DNA from: Utricularia gibba
Lineage: Eukaryota; Plantae; Magnoliophyta
NCBI GenBank assembly: GCA_002189035.1
Contig: NEEC01000007.1
Coordinates: 2,666,001 to 2,730,000, forward strand
Direction: 5' to 3'
Length of the DNA: 64,000 nt
The notes below the pieces were generated by a model that was given only the letters and a program-made list of their open reading frames with translations, was not told where the DNA came from and searched no databases. Below are positions 24,267-38,460 of this stretch, in pieces. Positions within the stretch are counted from its first letter, which is position 1; every line of letters starts with the position of its first letter. The position numbers were made by a program, and so were the translations under genes.

Positions 24267-27200
24267 TCTGCAACAAATAAAGGCATGATAAATCTTGCAA
24301 ATACCCTACAAGGGATTCACATTTGAGTTACCAAAACGACAATAAACTAAATCAATGGACAGAACTACAAAGAGATTCCAATACAGACACGGGGAAATGC
24401 ACATTTCAAAGAGATTTAGAGCTAATGAGAAGAGGCACTTGATGCATTCATTCTTGCAAGTAAACCAAAAACTACCTCGCTTCAGGGCTCTCCATGTTTC
24501 ACTTAACTCGCGCAAGGCAAGGCTTCACCTTTGAGTACACCACTTCAGACCCAGAAGTTTAAACACAAAAAGAGTTACTTTTACTGCAGTTAAATGAGCA
24601 AAAGAACTGAAACAAGCCATACATTCCCATCTCAAAGGAACGTTGCAAGATCCAGAAATGTATGTATGTTATTCGAACAAGATCCGCGACCCGTGAAGCC
24701 TCCTGCTATTATCTTTTAACAGCGGGTCTGAAATGTATTGTCCCTACCCAGAAATAATGCAGGAGCAGCAATCACGTGCTAGGCTCCATGAAAAGCCAAG
24801 CCGAGCCACGCTTGAAAAGATGCCGCCTTCCATTTGCAATACCAGTCACCACAACAGAAAAAGTTGTGAGCAACAGAGCAAGAAATGGGGAAACTCCCCT
24901 CCCCCTTTGTTCCACTTATCTGGTTTCTACTTCCTCTATCCCACTTGCACGGCCCGATTGCTGATGGCCCATGACATCAAAGTCCAAAACCATGTACACC
25001 CTTCTTCTTCTTCCTCAAATGATACTTGGTATCGTCAAGTGTCGCCATTCCAAACCTACATCCACTCAATTCATCACTAGCAGCCAATACACCTCGTGGA
25101 CCCCAAAATGTATGGTTCCAAGAAACGAACAGAGTCGCCCGCCACCGTGCTCCAATCCGTAAACCCCGCCCGCTAGCAAGTTTCATACCTGCTGAACACA
25201 GTGGAGAAGTCGGCGTCTGGGGGCTGAGTCGTGAACTCACGCGCCACCCTGCCCCTCCCATCTCCACTCTCAGTGCAACGGAATAACCTCGTCGTCATGT
25301 ACCATTATCCCTCTCACACTCTCATCAACCAAAAAAAACCACCTTTTTTGTAATTTTTATTTTTTTAATCGAAAAAAGTATATTTTTTCGAAAAATAAAA
25401 ATTAAAAAAACTGGTTTTGAAAAATTATAATAAAAAAAATCCCGAATAAGAAAATGCAAACAAAAGGTGTTGTGAATGGGCGCATATTAAAATACAAAGG
25501 GCATGCGGTATGCAGTGGCTGTGGTTGGTAGGGGAAATGTAATGCAAATGATTCTGCATTTCATTTAATGCGTGGTGACGTTTCAGGGACACGGTTTCGG
25601 ATTGGGTCAAATTTAAGATTCCCTTCTCCTTTTTTAAAAAATATAAAAATTGTAAAAATCTGCAGTGTATCCACTACGGTTTGGGATTGCACGTGTGCGT
25701 CCACACCCTAGGTACTGTGTGGAATTTAAAGCAAAATCTGCAGTGTTAGATTTTGGTCCTAAGGTGCTTGCAATGAAACCTAGTAGTTACATGTTGAAAA
25801 TGTGCTACCACATTCATCAAATTCAAAGGTTTTCATTAGGTAATTAGGGGATCGTCCACAACAAGTTCATGATTGATCATTCATGTTGTGTAAGTATGAA
25901 ATTCAAATATTATCTAAAAATCATAAACCGATAAAGTTAATGATATAAATTTTCAAAAAGTAATTTTAAGTGCTTTAGTAATATACTATTTTTCTCTCTA
26001 TGAAGTCTTAAGTATTATTCTGTAAAATTTTTGAAACATATTTTTATTTTTCAAAATTATTTTTAAAAAATATAAATAATAAATAAAAGTAATCAATTCA
26101 TTAATTTTTCAAAAATAATTTTTGTAGTATAATTTTAAAAGTATTTTTTTTATATAATTACTTTTACAATTAAAAATATTCTATAATAAAATTATTTTTA
26201 TTTTTGAAAAGTATAAATAGATTTTAAAAATTTTTCAGAATATGTTGGGAACATATTGCTGCTATTTAAGGAACAAAAGGAGGCTTGTTGACTCCATAAT
26301 ATCCAATTACAAACTCTCCTTAGTGTAAAATTATTAAACTCATGAAGTTTTTATTGAATTCATCAAAAGAGTTTAATTACAACTACTTGATTTAATACAG
26401 AACAAACAAAAAGACTGATTTTTGGTCATCTGAAAAAATTCTCGTGCATCATTCATCTTGATAACATCTTATTTTATATTTTTTAATATTTTATTTACAT
26501 TTGCACATATTATTTAAAAATTTAAATCTCCCATTAAAAAAAACTTCTTGAAAAGCATAAGTCATATGGAGCCTCCATGTTAAATCTACTCATCAAGCCT
26601 ATACATCATCAATAATAATAGATCAATTGGCCCAGTTTGCATGTTGCAATTTTTACATCAATTATAGATCACAAGTAAAAGAATAATTCATGTCATCTCT
26701 ATCCAATGGAAGGAGAATCAGGTTGGCATCATGCTTGAAAATGAGAGATTAAATCTACATTGCTATCAGTCCAGAATCCTTCTTACTCATGCGCTCTGGT
26801 GTCCTGTTCATTGCAAGAAAGAAAGTTAGATTCTCAAACCATTTAAGGAGCATGGAGCAACATGGGGTCCTTTAATGGAATCAAACCAGGTTCAATTTGT
26901 CATAAATTCCTCCAAATCATTGTGTATGACATTGAAAACTCCAAAAATCACTACATCTCTAAGGCATCTTGATCATTTATTGTAAAAATATTTTCTTTCT
27001 AGTATAAGCACAACATCTTGTCTCTCTTACTTTCCATGCTAATCAATCACAAGCTTAGCATCTAATTTGATTATTTGTGAAAAGAAGTTAAATGAATGAA
27101 TTTGAGTGGTTTTTACAATAAGACAAAATTATTAGATTCAAATATGCTGGAAAATATTGTAACCATAATATTAGATGAAATCATAATATGTGGATGAGAT

Positions 27201-28081
27201 CAAATATGCTTGCTTCATAACAGATGGAAATTAATTCATTTATATATAAAAAATAATTATACTCTCATCATTTTTTCAATATAAATAAAAAATAAGGATA
27301 AATACATAAAACGAGTGTAAAAAATATATATATATATCTTAACCTTCAAATTGGAAGATGAAATTTTAATATATCTATTAACATTTTTCATTTAATACAT
27401 TACAACCATAAGTATAAATAGGAGCAAATCTTGTTATACATTTGCATCTTTTAAGTAGATGTGTATTGGAACACATGAAAGCATTCGTGAACTATTCATG
27501 CAATGATAAATGTCCTCCAATACATCAATGCAACACACTGCAAGAGGAACACTTGTATGCCTCTTTTTAATTGTTTTGCATTTGAAACATGTAATCTAAA
27601 GTAGCAACATTTTTCTATATTCATATGTGCGACTTTTGGGTTCTTATCAAGGTGTATTAGAAAATTAATCATCCTTCTTAGAATGCTTAAAAAAGTAGAC
27701 ATCGTATATGTAATAAATTGATCATAATATATACGAGAAAAAGATAAGATGGCCATTTTTCTAAATAACTCTTTATTATCAAACAAAAGAAGGGAGCTTG
27801 AATAAAAGGTTAATGTAATAAACACGATGATGGTGATGTGATATTCATTGGTCTAGTCATCTTATCTTATGAATTAATTATATAGTATAGTATTGTGATT
27901 ATCTTATTATTGACAGTACTACGTCTACACGACCATTGCTTTGATTATAATAAATTTTTTGCTTCGTTCTATAAAATGTATCTCGTTTTTTATACCTATT
28001 TTTTCATTGTTGAACAAGAGTAGAGTAGTTCATCATACGATAATAAGTAGTAGGCGTTGGATTGGGAATCATTTCCGATAG

Positions 28082-28096
28082 CCCCCCCCCCCCCCC
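28082..28096. repeat. C15 homopolymer in otherwise AT-rich intergenic DNA
   Basis: Direct reading of the sequence. Confidence 0.95.
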
Positions 28097-29505
28097 GTGG
28101 AGAGAACACATTAACATGGCTTGAAAATGAAGCACCCGCCGTCGAGTTAGGTGCAAACCCTAGGCGATCATTCAATTCCATCTTAGTGCGGTTGCTCGGA
28201 AGTAAATGCCAATCGCGACACTTCATAACACACATTTTGTTGCATGGAGTCAAACTAAGGGTTTGTCATTGTTATCCACATGGTACACCCATTAAAGAAA
28301 TATATCATTTTATTTAATTTTAATTTACATATGTTTCTTACCCACAATTAAAAAAACACAACATCACATAAAACTAAAATTATTTCAATCTTTTTTTATT
28401 TTTTTTTCAGAGAGATGCACACTACGTTGCTTCATTTTTTAAAAACTATTCTGTAGCACGAACTATTTATAATAATGATTTGATTACAATTCAATTCATT
28501 TTAAAATATAAAAAAATAAACCACGATCCAATCATAATTCAATTGCAGTTGAACCCTAATTAGAAAACAATCGAATCATTCAAATTTTATTTTATTTTTT
28601 AAAAACAGTGGTTTACATTTTTTTATTGAAATTATTTTATTTAATATGAACGTTTGGTAATAAGTTTTAAATTTCAAATTTTTTTGAATAATTTTAAATG
28701 CCCAACATATTTTTATTGAAAAAAAAGTTAGTTTTACGTTAAATCTTGGACATATTTTTATTTAAAATGTAGAGTCATATGTCTGATAGGGAAATTCCAT
28801 ATTAATTATAAATAAAAGAGTGAACATGTTTAAATAAAAGTATCTCATAATTTTATATGTTATTTTCTCCAAAAGAAAATAACGTAAAATTATAAGAATT
28901 GAATATCATAAGTATACAATATTGTATAAAAAAAAGGATGAATTGTTAAAATAAATCTGTCAATCAAATGTATTTTAAATATATTTTATCTTAAACTATA
29001 TAATTACGATTTTAAACCATCAACTAATCATCACATGGCTCATTAATCACCTTCGGCGCTCTTCTAAACAAACATCAATCACATGTTATGTTTATTTGGT
29101 ATTTTTAATTAACCAAACAGACGGCCAGCTTAGCAGCTCTATACGAAATATTTACATTTTTTTAGCATATGGTCCCTGAACAGTGAAGAAATTATATTTT
29201 AAGCTGGGCCTATACCTAGTTGGTCCCTCTACTTTTTATCTGAATTTTTTATTTTTATTTTCGTGAATGTACTAATAAAAAAGAGGGTGAAGTTACCGTC
29301 ATCGACCCGGCCGAGCTGAAATCAAACCGGGTTTGGTAAAGCCACGGACTGAAAAATTAGATTTTAATTGTGGGGAAATTAAAAGTTAAAACCTGGAAAT
29401 TGGGGAAAAAATGGGTATGAATTGTGAAAAGACGTGTTTATCCTCAACTGTAATCTTTATATTTCACCCTAACAGAGGAGGCGGTGTGTGTGTGTCTGTG
29501 TGGGA

Positions 29506-30569
29506 ATGGAGTCGAGTGTTATAACTGCAACGCTGACGCAGTTGCAGCAGTCGCCGGTGACGAGCCCGTGCGCCGCCTGCAAGGTACTCCGGAGGCGGTG
29601 CTTGCAGAACTGCGTCTTGGCGCCGTATTTTCCGCCGGATGATTCGATCAAGTTTGCCTCCGCCCATCGCGTCTTTGGAGCCAGCAATATCATCAAGCTC
29701 CTGCAGGTGAGGCTCCCTCGTTCTGCTTTGATCCGATGCCGAGCCAGGGTGGTGATCGTAGGTACACTTGAGACCCCACCCGGTCCCCTCCCATCTCTCC
29801 ATCGGCATTGTAGCTCCCCCCTCCCATTCTCCTCATTTTGAACTTAGAATTGAAAGTCAGAACTCAGAGAGTGTAGTGATCACCATGAACCATCAGGAAT
29901 CACAACCAGTTTCATCTGTGTTTCATCATATTAACCAAAAACTCAATCCCGCACAACTAATGGATTCTTATCATCACTCAGATAGTTTTGTAAACTTGTT
30001 TTCAGTGTGAAATACTTGTGATTCCACCAAACCCTAGTTTTCTGTGACTTTTTTGCTGATAAATGAGTAAACCAACCGTGTTTCTGCTACAAATTCAAGA
30101 AAAAAAGTCGATTCACTTCGCATCATACACTTAAGATTTTGGTGTTAAAATATCAGAAGAAATGCCTGCTGGAAGTGCTTTTTATTCTTTCGAGAATAGA
30201 ATCTGTTGCATGATGCTTTGGATAGTATATTATGGTTCCAATTTTCTTCCACAGGAGCTCCCGGAGAGGCAACGAGCGGATGCGGTGAGCAGCATGGTAT
30301 ACGAGGCCAACGCCCGGCTGCGCGACCCGGTGTACGGCTGCGCAGGCGCGATTTACCAGCTTCAACAGCAGATCAACGAGCTCCAGGCTCAGCTCGCAAA
30401 ATCTCGAGCCGAGATGAACGCGTTGCGACTCCAATACGCGACCCTCGCCTCCTCCTTGTTCCTCCAGCCGCCGCATTCGCAGCCGCTCTTCGCCGGCGAC
30501 TATACCTCCGGAGGACATCCGCATTCGCTGGGGACTCCCTTCGAGTATTATTCCAGTTTTATGGGGTGA
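29506..30569 (+). CDS. LOB-domain (LBD, class I; LBD1/11-like) transcription factor, 2 exons
   Basis: C-block PCAACKVLRRRCLQNC, GAS block FASAHRVFGASN, DPVYGCAGAI and leucine zipper. Exons 29506-29706 and 30255-30569. Confidence 0.95.
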
Positions 30570-30702
30570 GCGTTCACTTGCTGCAGGAAACACAGGTTTC
30601 CAAAGTAGCGGAACATGCGCTCTCTCTCGTCATGTTCCTAATCTTTTTCAACGTGCTCATAATATTCTTTTTTATTTATTTATTTTCTCAAATAATAACC
30701 TG

Positions 30703-31236
30703 GTGTTGTTTTAAAAACGGGTTAAATCAATTATATCTTTTAGTTATGATTTTCAGTTACTTTTTTTAGAATGAGTCCAACTGGATTCACTAATTTTAAA
30801 TTATATTTATCAAAATATTAGAATATAATTATAAAATTATAATTTAATTCATTAAAATATTGAAAATATAAAAAAATAAAAATTATGTACTTAAAATTGA
30901 TATAATTACATTAAAAAAATTTATCAAAATCATATTGATAGGCTCATATCTTATTCAAATAATCTATAATTCAAATACAAATGAGTATTTTTTTAATATC
31001 AATACAAATACATATATAAAAATATAATTATTAAGATTTATTATATATATATATATATATCAAATATTAACATATTTTATATTTTTTTCGTAACCATTTG
31101 TATAAGATAACAATAATAATTAAAAAAAAATAAAAAAAATAAAAGTAAAAAAATAGAATTGGATTCACTACATTAAAATATCGATCCGATCTAACACGAT
31201 CTGACCATGGGTCAAACCCATGTTTTTAAAACATTG
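30703..31236. mobile_element. Degenerate MITE-like element downstream of LBD
   Basis: Imperfect inverted ends tgttttaaaaacgggtt (~30707-30723) and aacccatgtttttaaaaca (~31215-31233) enclose AT-rich DNA; no matching TSD. Confidence 0.45.
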
Positions 31237-31579
31237 ATTCTATTTGAAGTTCTAATTTTATTAATGTTTAATTTAGGATTAAGTATATTATATAATTTAA
31301 AAGATCTAACGAATTCCATCATATTATACTCATTAGCCAATATTTTCGTCAAATTTAATAAAATTCAAATTTATTAATACGATTTGATTCAATAATTTTT
31401 ATAAAAAATAGAATAAATTTGAAATTTTAAAGTATAAAATTGTAAAAAAATTATTTTTCTTTTTTATAAGATTTTGTTGAATCCAATTCTTAAAATGAGT
31501 AAACTAGATCCATATTTCAGGTATTCGGGTTTAAGATGGGTGGGTCTCACTCTAATTTCGAAAGGTTCCTTGGGCACCG

Positions 31580-31610
31580 AACCCTAGTTTGTGTAGCCTT
31601 TAGCGGGAAA
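31580..31610. promoter_or_regulatory. Telo-box-like motif plus canonical E2F site in the DPB4 promoter
   Basis: AACCCTAG 31580-31587; GCGGGAAA 31603-31610 (reverse complement of TTTCCCGC), about 70 bp before the ATG. Confidence 0.7.
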
Positions 31611-31678
31611 ATATATAGTAGAATCGCGCGCTTGAAATTCAACACTTTGGGAGTGGATCGGATCGACGAGAGGGGAAG

Positions 31679-33053
31679 ATGGCGGAGAAGGAGCACGAGG
31701 CAGCGGAGCCGGAGGCACTGCCGAGGACTGTCGTGCGCCGTCTAGTGAAGGAGAAGTTGTCGCAACTCTCCTCCGATACCGAGATATCTCTTCTTCGGGA
31801 TTCTCTCTCGGCATTCTCTGAAAGCGCGCGAGTGTTCATCCACTACCTCTCCGCTACGTAAGCTGTCCCAAATGTCACTTACTTTTGCCTGGTTAAATTG
31901 ATTTGGGCGTATAAACGTTAAAATGTCGCGTGGTATTTTGGCTAACAAGAATTGAGAATTGCAGTTCTGTTGTCGCTTGATCAAGAATGTGATGGTGATT
32001 TTTTATTAACGTGGTTTTCTATGCGCGCTGCGTCTATTAGGGGTAGGGGCGTTGAATATGCAAAAAACAAATCAAGATTTCTTCTTTGGTAAATTCTTAA
32101 CTTAATGGTCTGAGGCAATTAGTTCGAGCGTGCTTGTTCAGGCTTTCTATGCTGAAGGTGCTGGAATGGGTATTGCAATGAGAGCCATTGTCATTATTCC
32201 GCAGCTTTTACTCTGTAGGAATGAGTGTAGCTGCTGTGAATTTCTAAGTCCTGGGGTTTCTGCTGCATATTTGGAGATAAATAGCATGTATTAGGTGTGA
32301 TCTTGATTGCTTAGGCTCATTTCTGCTTATTTTTAAGAGGGGATTTTCTATGGATAAAACAACGTACGCTCAATGTTTTAAAGAATTATATTTGCATGTC
32401 AAAATGCAGTGCACACGACATATGCAAGGAGTCAAACAGGCAAATTATCAATGCTGAAGATGTATTTAAGGCATTAGAAGAGATAGAATTTCCAGAATTC
32501 ATTGGCCCTCTCAAAGTTGCACTTGAAGGTACCCGTCCCAACTCTCTACTTCATTGGGTGTTTTTTTTCCAGGTTTTGTTTATCCTATTTGAGATCTAGT
32601 AGGCATAGCTCCTCCAATTTCCTTATCAGATTCATCTAGATCTTGCGGTTGTCTGTTGTGATAGCTGTAGATCTTAGAGATTATCTGCTTCGTTGATAAC
32701 GATGGGCTTATGATAGGGGATGATCTGCACTACGTATTTGTATGATAAATGAACAACATGAAATTCATCTGTATTCCATCTGAAGCCTTAATCAAACTTT
32801 TTGAGTCATTTGTCTCTCTTAATATGGTTCACATGTTTTCCCATCGCCAAGCTTCAAAGCTTCCAACATGGATTTGATTTAACCAGTTTTGTTATGTGTA
32901 ACAGACTTTAGACAGAAGAATTCAGATAAGAAGGTAGCAACTTCATCGGCAAAGCTCAAAGACGGAAGGCAAGCAAAGAGGAAAGAGTCACCTGCCAAAA
33001 CTGAAGCTCAGAGAAGCCGAAAAAGGCATGATGCTGAAGACAATGAAGAATAG
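31679..33053 (+). CDS. DPB4: Histone-fold protein, DNA polymerase epsilon subunit 3 / DPB4 (NF-YB11-like), 3 exons
   Basis: LPRTVVRRLVKEKL..AFSESARVFIHYLSAT|AHDICKESNRQIINAEDVFKALEEIEF. Exons 31679-31857, 32410-32528, 32905-33053 total 149 codons. Confidence 0.88.
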
Positions 33054-33405
33054 GACTATGAAGATGATACCAAGGTTACCCCTTGTGCAATATGACTCCT
33101 TAGACACTATAGCTTAACTTGGGCTAGATTTTCAAGCGCCTGGACACTGGTTCCTACTCTTTGTTCTTTTGGTCATCCGATTCATCTATTTGGGGACCAA
33201 TTTTTTTGCGAAAGTTGATCTGAAAAATAAAGAACAAAGCATCATCATGTGAACAGCGACCCTGCATTACAGGAATGGTTGCCCTTACTAGTTACCAACA
33301 ATGTACAAAACTAGCAAAAGGTGTTTTGACGTCATGTTCTCTCACAAACTATGAATACTGCATTAGCCTCATGGAGCAGAGTCGAAATCGTGCGTTTCTA
33401 GACAT

Positions 33406-35150
33406 TCATGCGACGCCAACTATGTATGCATTCCAAGAATCTTGCTGCATGAAGCTCGTAGCTTCTTCATACTTGGAATCATGTCCAGTGGATAATCCTG
33501 CCGTGCACTTAATGTCTTCACTATCCGGCATCTTGCGTACCCACACATGAACTGAGCGAAATCCGGCCTCTTCTAAGCAATCCTTTACTTCAGGCAATGA
33601 CCATCTGGTATGAATGGAGTGGTGAGAATGAACTCGTGGAAGATGCTTCTAAAATGAAGAAACTATGGACAGATTTGAGGTGCTTACAGTCTCCAGGTGT
33701 AGCTGAATGCATGCTTCAGCTTTTTCTGCTGCTTGTGGAGATGGAAATGGAGACTGATTCTTGTTTTCCTATTGATGATGTCGAATTCAGCTTGCTCCCA
33801 TGTATACTGGCGAGAGGAAGCAGTGCATGAGTGAGATAAAAAACAATTTGACCGATGAAAGAACTTCTGTTTTGCAGAACCGGAAGCAGTATTGAAAACT
33901 AATGTAAAAGAGAGCAGCAACACTAACATACCGTGAAGCTTGTGAATTTCCTCTGCAGTGTCAAAGGGCTCTCTGAAGATGTGCCTCCATACAAGTCCAT
34001 CACAAATATACCACCTTTCTTGCTGAGGGATGCTAGCGCATTCTTGAAGTACAAGATCAGCTCTTTCCGTGAATGCAGACAACAGCAGCTGTAGTTAAAG
34101 GCACACACTATATCTCGATCTGGGAGCTCAGTATTCTTCAATGACTCACGAGAAGTTCTTTCAGTGTCCACTGAATCGTCCACGGTGTCTCCATTGGGAA
34201 CGTTGACTAGTTTACTTAGAAGAGGTTGCAGCACATCTCCATGGAATAGAGATATTCTAGAGTGGACATCAGTCTGAATTCTGTTAAAATTGTTTGCCAT
34301 GCTCCAGTTGAGTGCATCGGCATCCAAATCTAGGCCGACAGCAGTTCGCCTAGGATCACTACGCACCCAAGCCACACTGTCACATACAAAAATGCGAAAA
34401 TCTTCAATATCAACGCCAGGAAAGAATTGGCAACTGGTGAGAGATCATTATTTCTAGAATCAAGAAAACCAAAGGATATGTGCATACCACAAACCAAAAA
34501 ATTCTGGCAGCATAGGCCTTCACCATGCAGTGAACACAGATGCCAAGAACCATAAAATTTGTTCACTTAAACAAATAGATGCCAAGGACACAACAAGTTC
34601 AAGCTGATATAAATGCGGATGCAGAATGAACTGAAATTACCACGAGAGTCGGAAAGGAAATAAAATACGCAGCTGCAGCATTCAAAGTACCTCAACAGAG
34701 CAGTGCCACAAAAATCCTCTTGGAGATGGAGAGGTATCCTTCCACCCACGTACATCAGAAAGAACTTCAGCAGATAGCTAATGTCCCCTTTTGGAGACTA
34801 AATAAATGCACACATAACCCAATAAGATTCATACGATAATAAAAAGAAATAACTACTTTGATGAATCATATGAAAGCCATAAAGGGATGCGGGCCTGCTC
34901 TCACCTGCACGGATTGTTGGTAAAGAGAGAATTTGGAAGGCATATCGGCATCGCATTCTGTCTCCGTATTAAGTTCATTCTCTTCCTTGGATTCCTCGTC
35001 ATCGGAGCCAGAAACAGTCTCTTCTTGACCACATGAAGTTTGTGAGGTTGACATACAATCCAGCATCGCTTCTTCATTCTCCACGAAACCGTAGGAGCTT
35101 CTTTTATCCCTGCGGTGGCTGTGGCTCGCCTTTTTCCCGTGCTTCCCCAT
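33406..35150 (-). CDS. Uncharacterised class I SAM-dependent methyltransferase-fold protein, 5 exons
   Basis: LYQQSVQ|SPKGDISY..LHLQEDFCGTALL (motif I variant), AVGLDLD (motif II), DIVCAFNYSCCCL, GGIFVMDLYGG, YTWEQAEFD, WSLPEVKDCLEEAGF. Basic and acidic N-terminal extension. Confidence 0.8.
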
Positions 35151-35223
35151 TTCCCCGCGACACGGCGCCGGCGGGTACCAGAGCGGTTTCTAGAGTTCGG
35201 CGGGCAAATGCCTCGGGGTCAAA

Positions 35224-35300
35224 TGGGCTCTGATTTAAAAGCCGTACCCCCGTAATGGCCCATATTTATTGGGTCCACGCCACGGACCAATAAAGGCCCA
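35224..35300. promoter_or_regulatory. Site II elements upstream of the methyltransferase gene
   Basis: TGGGCT 35224; GGCCCA 35257 and 35295. Confidence 0.55.
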
Positions 35301-35658
35301 TAATGGGTGGGTCTTTAGGCTCATTAGTATACCGGTTTGATTACTTGGTGATACCTAATTGAGTCCTCTTTAATATTTTTTCCATAATCCAATTTGGGTT
35401 TTGAGATTGAATGATTTATTAGTTCAGTATTCCTCTTATTTGAATATATTTCTCAACAGATTTTTGAGATTTAAAATTTTTACTTCAAAATTCTTTTTAT
35501 TTAAATACGTTATTCAATTTGATTCATATGAGTTAGGATTCTACTCTACGGATGGCTGCAATCCATCTTCTAGAATTTGTTGAAGAAACCAAGGGCTTGT
35601 CAAATAATAATTTGGGGAGATCCTTCGATCCATATATCTCTATGTTACAGAAAAACAA

Positions 35659-38239
35659 TCATGGAGCTCGGTCTTCTTCCTCCGCATGTGGGGGCTCAGA
35701 TCTGCGGGTCGCACAGAGCCATGTTCTCAGTGACTCCTCCCCAACATTGTCGGCCATGGGCACATGCCAGGAATTTTCAGATTCCTGGAATGTAGAAGGA
35801 GATAATTCTGAGCTTTGTCCTAAAAACTCGTGCTTGGTGTGATTCAAGTTCATGTTTTTACGTGGTGAAAGGCGTACCTGAATGACGATGGAGTATGCCG
35901 GTGGCATTACAAGGTTCAGTTCCCCTTTTGAAGCTGTGTACCGGACCTGCATTGCACCATTGAACATAATATCAGAATCAACTGATGCGCAAAGGCTTCT
36001 GCCCAAGTGTTGATAAACAAGCGTGGATCAGATGGATGTTATCAAGAATATCTACATTGGCTCATTACTAGACGGTCAAACTACACTGTGAAAGGGAATG
36101 CAAGACTTTACCTGGTGTCTTTCTTTCCAGCGGAGGAAAAAATTGCTGCCAAGAAGCTCGAATATATGATCTCTCATTTCATCATTCGTTACAAGCAAGC
36201 ACTTGAGTTTCACAGCAGCATAGAGCCAGTACCTGAGTGATGGTCAATGTTTCAAAATATTTCTAAGATACACATGGGTTGTCTTCACAAATGGACTGCC
36301 TCAAGTTATATGTGATTCCTGATATTTAACTTTTTTTAAAGGAATTGCACAGATCAATTCAGTAATCAAAATCAAACCGTAACATGAATCATAACAGAAA
36401 TCAACAAGGAAAGGCATTGCGCAAGTATACCAATCATCATTTGATCCATAAGGTGTTCCATATAGCACACCTTGGTCAATCCAATTTTCGATCATCTCAC
36501 GTTTAGAGGCATCTTCAAGAAGTGAGCGGACACGCTTATTGTGCAATACAACGAGGGGCCATTTCTTGGTCTTATTATAGACTTGATTCACAACAGCTTC
36601 CACCTGCTCTAAATTCCAAAAGAAACCAGATGAGCCATTTCTACATTCAATTTACCAAAAGAAACAAATTTTACTCAAAATTATCCATAACCTGTGAAAG
36701 ACTGAATCCACCATCTGCATGGTTTTGATTGAAAAGTCCAATATTTGCTCCATCTATCACGGCTTCATATTCAGAGTGCTGTTCGATCCACTCCTTCAAT
36801 GTTTAAACATATCGGATTGATGGAACATGACAAATTTAAGATGACTTGTATTACAGAATCACAAATGGACAGATTAGACCAAAATTCCATCATACAAAAG
36901 TGGGACCAGCTCTCAGAATTGAAGATTTAAAACAAGATCAAATAACGGAGAAATGAACAAATAATTAAGGAACACAAAATATGTACAAACCTGGAATTCC
37001 CTGAAATTTGTTTTAGCTTCTCTGACTGTTGCTAATGAAGCAATTGACTGTGCAAAGTTTTCAGTTTCTTCTCTTTTAATATCAGCACATACCAAATAAT
37101 TGTCACAGGCACAACATCTTCCATCAGATTTAACATTTGATCTACATGTAACCCATTCGCCTCTTCCCACCCATCCAAGCCCATGCCATCCATCTCCGTT
37201 TTTCATCAAAGCTTCCTTTATTTGATCCGAATCTAACAAGACACCGACTTCAGCTGCTTTTTTGCTTTTGAACCACCTCTCCATAATCTCCATGGTAGAC
37301 GCTCTAACCCCTCTTAATGTCCTCAATTTATGCAAAAACTCATACACCTTGTTTTCCCTTTCAGTATCCACGCTCACCTTTGAAATTAAGAGGTTCATCA
37401 TGAATATTTTCAAGCCCAAAACACTCATAAAAGTGTTTTCTCTTTCATGTTAGTGACCAAGTACAGGGAGCTGTAGGGAACAGATTAAAATGTCTAACTA
37501 GATTCTTTAAATAGTGTGATTGAAATATATAACAAAAAATTGCAGTGGAGAATGACAAGATTCTCATTATAGACGGCAAGTAGATTTTGTACACCAAGTG
37601 CAATAAACTTCGGCTTTTATAGGCTCAATGCACCTCACACATGAAAAGAATCATGGTATCAGCACGAAAAAAAAAATCGTATGCTTTTGTGACTTGGGAT
37701 AAAAAAACGAGAGGAATTGTAACCTCTAGCAAGGCAGCAAGCGCGGATTCATCTAATTCCAGCTCCATCAATGCAGCGCTCTCCTCAACTTGATAGGCTT
37801 TTTCCGCCTGGCCACTTTTGCAATAAAACATCAGTGCAGGTATAAAAGTCCTCAATTTTGGCAAAACCCCATAATCTTTAACGCTCTTAGCTAGCTGAAA
37901 TGCATAGTCGCCGTCGCCATTAGCCGCCGCCAGCCTTGCAGCAGATGTCAGCGTAGCCTCGTTAAGCTTCAAGTTACCATCAGCATGTACATTAAACAAC
38001 TTTAATCCAAAATCAATCGCCCTCCGACACAGTTCCGGATCCTCCAGAGAGTTAGAGCAGATATAAAGGAAGGAATTAAGGTTGTTGATAGTGAGGGTAG
38101 GGAAGCTAGCGGACTCATAAAGAGAAATGGCGGCGGCGAGGTCCTTTGACTTGGAGCAGTGATCAAGGGCTTCCCGGAATTGAGCCTCCGGTGACAGCTT
38201 CCGCTTCTTAGGCCGTCGTGCTACTCCATTTCCGTTCAT
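35659..38239 (-). CDS. PRORP: Protein-only RNase P, nuclear type (PRORP2/3-like)
   Basis: N-terminal NLS-like RRPKKRK; PPR repeats (PKLRTFIPAL); zinc site CCACD; NYN domain AVIDGANIG, TPYGSNDDWYWLYAA, VTNDEMRDH; WHVP..WLCATR. Confidence 0.93.
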
Positions 38240-38410
38240 GGCTTTGAGAAATCACCAGAATCAATGGAACGCTAACCTGCTCTCGCAGCAAAAAAACAGG
38301 TTTCTTCCACTAGGGAAGAAAACAGGTTGTATCCCTAAACGGATCTTCTCCAGAATATTTTTTTTCAAAAAGGGGAAATGACTAAAATAGGTTTCGTCGA
38401 AAAAGCCACA

Positions 38411-38460
38411 TGGGCTCGGGGAAATCATTAATGGGCCTGAGGCACGTGGGGCTTGGCCCA
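38411..38460. promoter_or_regulatory. Shared (bidirectional) promoter core between PRORP and HYL1
   Basis: TGGGCT 38411, TGGGCC 38432, CACGTG 38443-38448 and GGCCCA 38455 lie between head-to-head genes. Confidence 0.6.

Noticed and set aside
24733-25286. Several GC-rich ORFs upstream of ICR
   Set aside because: No recognisable domains; better explained as the ICR 5' leader and first intron (donor-like gcgc|gtgagt on the minus strand).
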